From NCBI RefSeq assembly GCF_001194135.2, contig NC_069004.1, positions 738,817 to 802,816 on the forward strand: a stretch of DNA of 64,000 nucleotides. Reading direction: 5' to 3'. A program made the position numbers and the translations under genes. Below the pieces are notes generated by a model. The model saw nothing but the letters and a program-made list of their open reading frames with translations. It had not been told where the DNA came from and did not search any database. Origin of the DNA: Octopus bimaculoides (lineage: Eukaryota). Below, one piece after another: positions 11,175 through 23,600 of this stretch (the stretch's first letter is position 1; each line of letters opens with the position of its first letter).

Positions 11175-14100
11175 ATTTCTTTCAAGAGAAAGATAAAAGA
11201 AAGAAAAAAAAAAGGAATGAATTAAAAATATGTCAATTGCTGATTTCTAATATAAACACAAGAACAAAATCTATTGTATGAGTGGGCACAGATGTGGCTA
11301 TGTGGTAAAATGCTTGTTTCCCAACCACAAGGTTTCAGGTTCAGTCCCAGTGTATGGTACTTTGGGTAAGTGTCTTCCACTACAGCACCAGGTCAACCAA
11401 AGCCTTGTGAATAAATTTGGTAGACAGAAACTGAAAGAAGCCTACGACAGTATTTGCTGTCAGGGCTCTCTTAGCTTAACGGTACAGAGTGCTTTGCCAG
11501 AATTTGAGAGGTACAGGGTTCGATTCCTTGTGGAAGCTTGCTGGCCACTTTTTTCCATCTTATAAGGGTATTTACCCAATTTTCCAAGATGTCTTCACAG
11601 TCGTCTTGTGTTTGAGAATTCCTTTATTTTCTGTAGAATATATATATATAAACATACATATACATATGTGTGTATGTGTACAAATGATCGTTCAGGCGAA
11701 AAACTAGCAACAAAGGGAATCATCCGATTTTTCCAAATATTATTCTTTCTCTCGAGTGTAACGTTAATTGTACACCCATACATAAACGTCGTTGTTGAGT
11801 GAAGGGGACTTGAAAGTCCCTTTGCGTTCTTTCCTGCCAACTGGTGCTGTTGTACCGAGAGCACTCAGCAGAGAAACTTCGGTATTTGTAGAAGGATTTC
11901 CCAAGAATATCAGTTTTTTTTTAAACCGGGTCTCCGGTGACAGGGGATGGGATCTAAATTCATAAGACGTTGGACTCTAACATTAAGCCAATGCACTACC
12001 CTGGACCGGAATTTTATTTATCGATCGCTAAATCTGACAAGCAAAATTGATCTGAGTGGGCTTTGAATACACTTACTTCAAAGATGTACATGTTCAGCAA
12101 GTTACTTTATCTAAGATCGTACGTAGCAATTAAAACCATTTAGAAAATGAGGCGGTCATTTGGAAAAAACACGATTTAATGTTACAATCACTTTCATTTT
12201 ATTTTTGTCAAAGCAGTTTTACGAATATATCAAGACTCACGTAAATATTTATATCACCATATTCTTCTCTAAACATCTTTTAGTGAAACTGTTTGCTTCG
12301 ATCAAAATTTCTAGAAATAAAAACACGTGAAAACCGTAAACAAACTTGGAACCGGATATTGGTTGAGCTCTAAACCGCAGTAAATATTTAACTTGAAAAT
12401 ATCGTCTTACATTCACTGCAGCTTACAAATTCTTGATCGGAATTATGGCTTGGTTTTATTTAAAAATTTATTTAATGTAAATTTTGTTTAGAATTTAAGA
12501 TTTAATATAGATATGATGTTTTATTATCATTTTTTTCACACTAAAACGCAAGTTATTTATTTGCTGGAGCAGGTCTAAGCTTTGAATATTAATCTTGGCT
12601 AGATCTCTTCTATATAGCGCGTAGTTCCGAGATCGATCCTTAGCATCTTAGACAAACATCTTCTTGCACGATTTTGGGTTGATCAATGTCTTGTAAGTGA
12701 AACTTGGAAGTGGAATCTACTAATATTTCTTCTTTGGTAATAAAGTTGATCGGTCGGTTGGTTTAACAGCACAAGATTGTTCTTGTGTGTTTAGTTGATT
12801 CCTCACTTCTGCAAGCATTCGGACCAGCTCTCCAGTTTGAGGATAACCTAAGAGCCAGGCTTTTCCCCCACCCCACTATTCTCCATGTTCTAGGGAAATA
12901 TCTATTCTTGTCTGACCTAGCCATAAAAATATTTTCTCCAAAATTTATTGTGTAAAACTATGTAAGTTATCATCTTAAAATACGTCACCGTAATACCATT
13001 TAACCCTTTGTTGACTTTTACAACTTAATGAAAAAGGGCAGGACAGTTCCCGTGATTATTTATTTCAGGGCTCCCCATTGCTAATGGGAAGGAGTTATGT
13101 TAGTTGTAACAAACATATTTATCATTCTACAAAATTTGCTAACGCCCATTAGATGCACTCCAATATGCAGTGCTTAATCATGAGGTTCAGTGAGTTAATC
13201 TGGACACATTCTGTATTCTTGACTCATTTATTTAATGTGGCCTACATTATGTATAGAGCTTTAAGTAACAATTTCCCCATATCTTGCCCTCGAAGCCATA
13301 CGAGTTTGATATCCTGGGACTATTAAAATTCAACCACTTCCCAGCATCACTTCACCCTTTGACAAGGAAGACAGAATCACAAAAAATAAAGTTCGACGGA
13401 GTTATCTCCCCATCAATATTTGGCGCACTCTTTTAATGGTTCTTCTTCTTCCGTAATCAACCAATGTCGTCCACAGACAGAACTGTCTACATTTAAAGGC
13501 TATATTTATTAACTCCATTAGCTAATAGTTTATTATCTTGATGCAAAGTCTTCTCAAGTCGTAGAAATTACGGAAGGAAATAATATCAACCATGAACAAT
13601 CCCAGCAAACACTAACTGGAAACCACTTGGTCTCTTTCTCTCTTTTTTGTTATGTATTTATTTCCCCGAAGAAGTCGAAGTTGCGGAGAAGATTTGGTCT
13701 GTGATATATTTTTTTAAAAAAGACTATCCTTCTATTAAAGGATATCTTTATGTTGTTTGTTACTGGTGATCTGTCTTTATTATTATTATAACAAATGGAT
13801 TATTGGTTATAAACATTGAACGAACAGCTGAGCCGAATGTAAGTGTTTATCAATAATGTTTTTTAATGCTTAATAATCTTTTTCTTTTCTTATAATTCTG
13901 TTCACATTTTGGATGCCTTTTAAGATAAGCGTCAGCATTTATCTTTGTAAAAGTAATGGATATAGGATTAAAAAACAAGAAAACAAAACAAACATCTTAT
14001 TCGAATCGAGCGAAGTTCTAAGGCCAGTGGTTCCTTACCTTTTCATTACCAAGGACCCTTTTTATTTAAATGAGTTTTCCCAGACCCCTTTTAATATGCT

Positions 14101-14704
14101 TATCCTTGTGTGTGTGTGCGTATATATATAAAACTTCGAATTCAGTTCACAGACCCCCCACCCCCACCACTGTTCTTGGCTTCAGCTGGTTATTCTCCGT
14201 CATACAACGAATTATTGTTGTTATTCAGTCGCAGACATTCCATCTGTGGCCGTCCTGTCTTTGCTTTTTAAAGGTAGCTCGGACTAAATTATCCAATATA
14301 TCTTTCCCTATTTAAGACAGGAAATGGTGTAATTTCAAAGAGATTTAGCTATTTCTAGCAATCCGGACGATTGCATTTACCTTTTTCATTCCCATAATAT
14401 ATTGGGAATAAGGTTCTGTAAATATTGTACTACATCCTCAGAGCTTAAAAAAGTTTCGGCACACACACGCACACGTCTTATATATATATATATATATATG
14501 TGTATGTGTATATGGGGTGGGGAAAAATAGTACCCGGGACAAAGTAACTTCTCATTTCTTGTTATTTTCACCCCACCCTACCTTTATATTTGTTTTAATT
14601 AAGTCAAATACTTGTTTCCATTTTTTTTTGGACTTAGCTGTCATTGTGTGAAGAAAATAAAAAGACTCCCATGATTTGTTGGTCAAAATGTATTTAAGGG
14701 AAAC

Positions 14705-17700
14705 ATGAACAACAAACCGTATTTCTTACCCTCAGAAGTAGCAAGGCTGGTATTAGGTAAGCATTCTTTTACTCTGTTTTATTTTTTAAATTCTTGTTTC
14801 AATCATGAAGAGTTTAGTCAATCAAATTTACCCCAGCATTTATTTATATTCAAGTCTGGTGTTTATTCTGTTTGTCTCTTTTGCTGAGGAAAAATATAAT
14901 CATCCCCTGTGAGCGTACATGTATACATTTATGTGCTTTTCCTACAACATTAGAGCATTTTAGCTCTTATTTCTAGCAGATTTCCTGCAGCAAATAGGCT
15001 TCTCTGGAGGTCGTTTGATGGATTAAATAAATATTTGTTCTGATACAATAATCATTTTTAGTATACTTGCCTAATAATTTGTCAGCGAAAATGTTGCCCA
15101 GTCACAAAAATAGGTGCCATTTGTTGGCGTCTGTGCAGATCAGATTCATTTTAACCGAATGTGCACAGATAGGTGGTGCCAACAGTCAGTGGGAAAACAA
15201 TTGGTTTTGGATGAATACACATTTATTTATTGAGAGAAGGTTGATTTGCCCAGCAATGTGGGACACAGTGTATATGCCAGGTTTCTGAGTTCTAAGTGCA
15301 TCCACAACGCCTTGGGTCGATCTGAGACTATAGCAAAGGTACTTTCCTTAGATGCCATTCAGTGGCATTGAATCCAAGACTGCATGGCTGGGAAGCAAAT
15401 TTCTTAACCCCACAGCCATGCCCATGCCTTATCATTTCTTGTTAGGAAATGTTATTTGAGAAGGGAAGATTAAAGTGGTATTTCTCTCCTCGCTGCAGGG
15501 TATTTAACAGACCTGGGTCTTGCACAGACAACAAAGGTTTTCCTTAAGGAATGTAAGGACCTCAGTGAATATAACGAATTAAAGAAGAGAGGCTATGCAT
15601 ATCCTACGGATATAATGGGTTTCAGTCTAGTGAAGATGTTGGACAATTTTGGATTCATGAAAACTCAAGGTAAGTGTTTTTCTGTTTTAGTTTTCTTTTC
15701 TACAAAATGGTTAAAGGAAGAGGGCTGCTGTCCCCCACGTTCACAGGCACTGATGAGATGGACATTGCATCAGTAAACTTAAGACCAGTTCAAAGATGTT
15801 TGGGAGATGTGTGAACCAGCAAGAAGCTTGTACGTCTACTCATGAATATATTCTGGCTTGGCAGTGGCTATGCACCATTGATCAATAATTTTGATTGATT
15901 TTGTAATAAGAGAAGCTTCACTTCTCAGTCTGTTCAGAATTATTGGCCATTTGGTGTCTGGTACTAATAAAAACTACGAGTTTGAAGTACATGTGTCCAT
16001 AGGTGCAGGTGTAGTCAGTTGGGCCCCAAAGTTGTGGCTCGTACGTGGCCTAATTTTAAGCAACAATAACTTTTACAGCATCCTCTACACTTTCTGGTCT
16101 TGAAAACATTTGGCTGAGAAGGAAACTTGTGAATCACACTCCCATACCTCATCATCATCATCATCATCATCATTTAACATGTGCTTTCAGGGAACCAGCA
16201 ACTTGCAGGGATGCTTCAAGCCCCAGTGTCTGCTTTGGTATGGTTTCCACGGCTGGATGCCCTTCCTAATGCCAACCACATGACAGAGTGTGGATTGGGT
16301 GGGTTTTTTTTTATTTCATGCCACAGCACTAGTGAGGTTGCCATGTAATTTGCAAAACAGAAAAAGAATTGGGGAAAAAGGAAAAGGAGGGAAAAGCTCC
16401 CACTACTAAGAAGTATTTGAGAGGGAACGATGGGTGTGGGTGGGTGTATGGCTGGGTGAAGTATGGCTGAAAGACAAGCACAGGTGTCTTGCTACAGAGG
16501 GGATAAATGGTTGAAGAAGATAACTGGGAGGTAGTGATGGGTGTCAGAACAAACTCTCAAAGAATAAGAAAGGGAGCACGTGTCTCAGACATAATGTCAT
16601 AAATTCTGATATTGAACTTGTTTAGAATTCTCCAGTAAAAGATTATTAAATTTCTTTGACGATATATTTTTTTTTAATACTTCTTTTTTTGTATTCTTTG
16701 TTTTAGCTTTTGAACGTTATAATTCCTGTTCATCCATTGATTCCCTATGGAGAGATATCGAAGCCCTTTTAGAAAAGCTGAAATATCGAACATTTCAAAA
16801 CCATTCCAGCAAGACTGTTGCAACAATCTCCAAAATTAGAACTCAACAAAAGATTCAGAAAGGAGACACATTTACAATTCTTCCTGAAAAAATTGGTGAT
16901 GAATTGTTATCCACAACTCATTCTTCAAGAAATGATTTGGTTAAAAAGTTGAAGCAAAATAGCGTCACTCTCAAGAAGGTAACTTCTGTAAAAAAAAACC
17001 AAAAAACTCCTCTATTTCAGATAATTCTGTTGTGCTTTTCATAACGTTGAAGATAGTCTCTTTCAGTGGAGCAATTTTCAGATTTGTATAATTATACATT
17101 GACACAACAGAAACCTGTCAATGCCACTGTGCTACAATGGCCATGCAGTGTTTACACTATACTGTTTGTGATTATACTACACTGTTGTTACACCATGCTG
17201 TCTGTTGTCACTCAAACCTGTCCGTTGTCGCACCACCCTCTTCCGTTACACTGCTTCTATTATATTTCACTATCTGTTACACTTATACAAAGTCTGTGTC
17301 TACACTGCACTGATCTTAACAACAAAGCTGTACCAGTTCTTGGATATAATTATGATGGAAGAATTTAATTCATATATGAACAATTTTAAAGCCAGACGCC
17401 ATGTCTCATAGAAGTGGAGATGGTCTCAAATTGGTTGGCAGCAAAAAATGGTTATTCACCATTGTGTGTTTCTTTATTTTCTTTTGTGTATTTAATTCCA
17501 ATTGAAATATTTCTAATCAATTTTCCTTTCCAGCCAAACAACTACCAATATCTTTTAACGACGAAAAATCAACAAGAGGAATCACTGGAAAATTTAGACT
17601 GTGATATAATTTCTTTGAATTCACCCCACCAACCACCACCACCACCACCGGATGAAGAAGAAATAACCGAGGAAGGAGAGGCAGAGGAAAGAAATGATGA

Positions 17701-20649
17701 AGATGTGTTACTTGAAAAAGGGAAGGTTCCAGAATCTGGTAATGACAATAACCAGGCAACCAGCAGCAAGAAATCAGGATCTTCAACTGGTAATTTCTGT
17801 CTTAAAGATTTAACTATACCATCATCATCCCCTCCTTTTCCATGCTGGCATGGGTTGGACAGTTCCACATGAACTGATGGACAAGAGGACTGTGCAGAGC
17901 TCCAATGTCTGCTTTCACATGGTTTTTGACCGGACAGGCTTCCAGCTGGAGAAAATCTGCCTCAATAAAGTCCATCTGACCCATACAAACATTAAAGCAA
18001 TAATGAAAACACATTGAACAGTATATTTTATATATTTTTATATCTTGCTCCTTTGTTATGTTTTGATTATTATTTTTTTCTTTATATATTTTTATATCTT
18101 TTTCTTTTCTATTTTTTTTTTTTTGGTTAAAGGTTCAGATATTCTACAGAATGCCATAACAATCTCTGGTATGTTAGCTTCTGATCCAACACCAGAGAAT
18201 GTGAAGGAACTGTCTAATGATAAACAACAGAATGCTCCTAAGAAACCAGCCTCTGTGGAACTTGTTGCCGATAAAAGAACTTTAAAAGATGGCTCCTTTG
18301 CTAATTCTTCACCACTGTCATCTTCTTCACCACCACCATCATCACCTTTATCACCACCACCACCATCGCAACCATCATCACCACCACCTTCATGTTCACT
18401 TTCTACTCTACCATTGTCATTGTCACCATTATCATCATCATCATCAACTCCAACAACAGCAGCAGCTTTAACAACATCTACAACAGGCCCATTGACAGAA
18501 CTGACCACAACTACTACCACCACCACCTCTGCAACCATATGCCTCTCTGAAAAACCTGCAAGGGATCCATCATTATTATCAAATACTCAATCACCTGACG
18601 AGACCAAACAGTCATCTGCAGAATGTGTATCTGTGTTAGAAACGGGCCCTAGTGTTGATGTGGCCCCTTCACCTTCAACTCCTGTCTCTCCTTCCACCAC
18701 TGCCACCTCCACCACCACCACCACCACTGCTGATACAACCACTACTACTTCTGCTGCCTCCACCACCACCACCACCACATCATCATCATCATCATCAAAT
18801 CTTCCTGTGAACAGTCTCTCTTTATTTACCCCCTCTTTCACCACCTCACCCAGTCTGATCACCTCAGTGACCCAACCCAACTTTTACAGTATGGCCGGTT
18901 TGGCATTCACCCCAACAAAGACCTCGCCTAATATTTATCGAACTCCAGTGAAGTCTTCCTCTCAGAAAGCTCCCCAACATTTGTACGAAACATTAAATAC
19001 TCCCGTCCGAGACAGAGATGCCCCCTTCTTTGACTCGCTGACTCCTTCGAAACAACTGGAAACGGATTATGCAAAATCAAAACGGAAACGGTATGTATAA
19101 TAATCCAATACGATGCAGGTTTTGGACCTCAGAAGTTCACTTGTTTGCGACATGTTTTAAACCACCATCATCATCATCATCATTATTGCTATTATTTTCA
19201 ATTTCTTGTAGATGTCCACCGGAGAAAAGACCTCTGGATATTTTCACTGCTGGACCTTCCCAGTTACGAGCGGATTCCAGTAACAGTCAAGACGGTTCTT
19301 ATAACAAAGATTCTATTCCGGTAAGTGAAAATTCTGCTTGTTTTCTGTTGTTTCCATTGTTAACACTATGTGCTAGAAGAGAGTATTATGCTGGGTGTTT
19401 CAGCTAAATTTTTTGTCAACTCTGAAAGGCAAAGTCAACTTTGGCAGAATTTTGACTCAGAAAGTAAAGGTGGACTAAATACCACCAAGCATTTTGTTTG
19501 TTATGCTAACGATTCCACCAGCTCATTGTCTTTATGCCATTTGTCATTATTAACACATCTTTTTTTGTTTTGTTTCACAGACATTTGTTGAAAAAGTTAT
19601 TTCTGAGACCAGCCTAGCTAAAGCGCTGGCTGCCAACATCAACAAGAAACTTTATGGTGATTCAAAGTTGGATTTAGCATCAAAGAATGGTGAACAGAAA
19701 CAAGTGGAAGAAAAACAGCCTGCAGACTGTGATAAACTAATGGCTGATATATTATTGACTGTGAGTATAACAAAGTTCTGTAAAAGACAAAAAGTGGACT
19801 AACTTTTGGCTCTTGATGAAATTATTTACAAGTTTTGAGGGTTTATTATTGCATGGTGCCAAAATTGGGAGCTGACAAAGGTGTCCTCTTTTTTTTTGTT
19901 GTCTCTTCCTTTTTCCCCACCAGATTTGTAGATCCTACAAGAAAAAACAACTCATGGATGCTGCATTTCCATGTCTAACTAAGCCATAAGAAAAGACAAA
20001 AAAAATATTGTAGTTTACCAATGCATTGGTTTGTATTTGTACTTTGCTGAAAATTACAACTTACAAGCAGTGATGTTGTGTCTCCTGGCAACAAATTGTC
20101 CATTGGGTTTGTGTCTTTAAAGATATGTGAAGTAAAAGATCCCCTACTTGCAAAACAAGTAATGCTTCAGGGCATCTGGCTGTTAAACAATAATTTATTC
20201 AGTTCTATATTCAAAAGATGCGGAATTATGTACATTATTTACATTTGATGGATATTTGTCCTCATCTTGTTTGTTGTTAACACAACGCTTCGGCTGATAA
20301 ACCCTCCAGCCTTCATCAGGTGTCTTGGGGAAATTTCGAACCTGGGTTCTCATTCCTAAGGTATTTTTCGATGTTATTGTTATTATAATTGGTTAAGAGC
20401 GTGGGCTACTAACCCCAACATTAGAGTTCGATTCCAGGCAGTGACCTGAATAATAATAACAATAATAATAGTAATAATAATAACAACAGCAACATTGAAA
20501 AATACCTTAGGAATGAGAGCCCAGGTTACCATATTTCTGTTGAAATACATTGCCTTTGTTTTAATTCTGGCTTGGAATATTAAATGATGGTGATGATGAT
20601 GATATCTGTGAAAGTGCTAAAATGTTTTGTTTTTAATGAGATCTCTCTC

Positions 20650-20696
<47 letters not shown>

Positions 20697-23600
20697 TCTA
20701 GGACTTCCATATGACCAAAGATGACATTGAAGAAGTTATCAACCAGACAAGCAATGATGGGATTCCAGTTCTTGATGATCTTCTCAAACTGTTTACATCT
20801 GGTATAATATTGGACTGAATTTTTATTGCTCTTTATTAATTTCGTTAAGTATTTCTATTGAATTTCTTTAAATATTTCTTATTAAAAAAATGACACAAAC
20901 AAACAAAGGAATTATTGTTTTTAAATCAAGAAATTTTTTTATTAATTACACATTTTAATTTTATTTTAAAAACCTACATAGTGGGAGTTAACTTGTCAAT
21001 GATACCATGAGAGAGGTTAGTTATATAAGGCAGTGGGTTTGCAGAATGGTTAGCAGCATTTCATGTCTTTATGTTCTGAGTTCAAATTCCACCAAGGTCA
21101 ACTTTGTCTTTCATCGCTGCTTCTAAGTTATGTCTTATACATGCAGCTTCCTTTTTTTCCCCCCTTCTAGCGATTCCATCAATTCCTAGGGATATCTGAA
21201 GAAGGGATTTTATTCCGAAATATCATATCAGACTTTGGATGATTAAATTACAACAGTTATTACAACAGTCCATTGTTTGTATTAAAGTGCATTGTTGTGT
21301 CATTCAAAACATTTTATTCTTTACAAACAATACACAATGCTTCAAGCAAACTACAATACTCTCTTATTTGATGGTTTTTTAAAAATATTTTCCCAGTTTC
21401 TGATGAAGGCATCTCTGATGATAATTCTTATCAAGGTATTGAACTTGAAGAAACCAATTCTTATTCCAGTCATCTTCACAAAGACACTGGACAACGGTCA
21501 AAAATGTCTTCTCTTGAGAATGCCAATGCCATCCATACCAGTTCTTCCAATGATGAAAATAATGAAAACCGTAAGAAATTTCTTTCCTTTTTTCTTTTCT
21601 TTTCTTGATTGTGTTTTTGTTCAAATTATTTTTATGTGTTAAGGACATAATTTTCATCCCTTTCTCTGAATCTTGCTGACCCAAGCAGCCATTGTAGATG
21701 ACTCTCTGCCAGTTTTGACAATTTGTATTTCAATAGTTTTTAATCCTGTTGGGTGTCCAGACATCCTCCTCACAAAAGTAGGAAAGTATTCAAGTTGGGA
21801 ATCGGTTTAGTCACTGACCACTTGACCATGGTACCAGTAGCAGGTCCTCATCAGCCTATGATGAGATCCCTGGGACAATATTTTGGCTCCGTCTTCTCTA
21901 CCGTCTGTATTTTCTCGTGTGGGTGTGTCTTCACCAACAACTTCTCTCACTACTGTATTTTGATTATTTAATATATAATACAAAATAAGGCGGAGAGAGC
22001 TGGCAGAATCGTTAGCATGCCAGGTGAAATGCTTAATGGTATTTTGTCTTTCTTTATGTTCTGAGTTCAAATTCCGCCAATGTTGACTTTGCCTTTCATC
22101 CTTTCGAGGGTCGGTAAATTAAGTACCAGTTGCATACTGGGGTCGATCTAATCGGCTGGCTCCTCCCCCAAAATTTCAGGCCTTGTGCCTAGAGTAGAAA
22201 AGAATATATAATCCAAAATGCTTCACATAAAAAAAAAAAAAACTTTTTTCTTTTTCTGTTTTGAAGGAATAAATCGGAAGGCACCAAGCACATTCTTACA
22301 AATTGTTGATAAACTTTGTCCAGATGAGTCCAGTTCACATTCTCAAGACAATTCTTTAGACCAGAATTCTATTGAGGAAAAACAAGATGATGAAGTGCCG
22401 TCAACTTGTGATATTTCTAGCCTAACAGAGAATCAACCTGATGTCCAAAATGTGGAAAGTTCCAGCAAAATCAGTGAAACTGAGTCTGAACATTTACCTG
22501 CCATTCAAAATAAAAGCAAAGATTCTAAGACTTGCAAAAATTTCACTTCAATCGAAGGAAGAGAAGGCAATTCAATTCAATCTCCAGTTTTACATAACCA
22601 AGTTTCATCACCACAAATGTCTGCTGCAGTGGGTGTGTCTTCTACTGCAGTGGGTGTGTCTTCTACTGCAGTGGGCGTGTCTTCTACTGCAGTGGACATG
22701 TCTTCTACTGCAGTAGGTGTGCCTTCTATTGCAGCAGGTGTGTCTTCTACTGCAATGGGCATGTCTTCTACTGCAGCAGGCGTGTCTTCTGCAGTGGGCG
22801 TGCCTTCTACTGCAACGGGTGTGTCTTCTACTGCAGTGGGTGTGTCTTCTACCACTACTTCTCTCTCTGCTAATACAGTAATACAACCTACTGATGATGT
22901 AAGAGACTTCTGTGAGCAACTCTTAACAACCAACACCTCAGCAGCATCTCCTTCGTCCTCTTCTGTACAACAGAGTTCCAATTCTTCAACACAACTGAAA
23001 TGTCCAGTGAAAACAATCGCAGTTGCACGTCTTACATATACATCAGCTTCAACTAGCGCTGCAGAAGGAACTACTTGTGTTGCTTCTAAAAGCAATTCTT
23101 TGAAAGCATCTGTTGCTCTCCATTCTGTGCCAGTGGCACCGATCGCAAATAGTAATTTACAAGTTCTGTCTCACACAAAAGACACATTAGGAAACAATGT
23201 CCCTTTCCCATTGTCCCTTCCATTTCAACCAGTCCAGTGTTTGACCTCTACACTAGTCCCTTCAACTAATCCCGCTTTCGTTTTGTTAACTCCTTCTAAA
23301 ATACAACCACCTTCTGCTGACAGTAATTGTGAACAACCAGTTCAAAAAGGTGCCAGTGAAATTACCAACACCCTACCTGTAGCTCCACCCCCTAATTCCT
23401 TTCCATCAAACGTTCATGTTGTGAGACTGCAGCCTAACAATACCCTACAACCTTCATCACTAAATGCTTTCTCCTTAAAGAATGTGCCTTCTGCAGTGAA
23501 ATTGATTGATCAGTTACCCAGTGGAGCCCCTAATTACTCGAATGTGAATGTTGCTGTCACAACAGCTGTTGTACCATCTCAAGTAACATCTGCAATTTTC

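Noticed and set aside
18092-18880. Antisense ORFs rich in V/G/D (also 22577-23095, 22608-22919, 26080-26268)
   Set aside because: Reverse-frame shadows of low-complexity NPAT exons.
21171-21236. Acceptor-like site in NPAT intron 8
   Set aside because: The phase-1 continuation hits TGA after 9 codons; the 21397 exon preserves the frame.
22619-22855. Regular direct repeats (also 5576-5900) considered as a CRISPR-like array
   Set aside because: No unique spacers, in-frame coding minisatellites, eukaryotic context, no cas genes.
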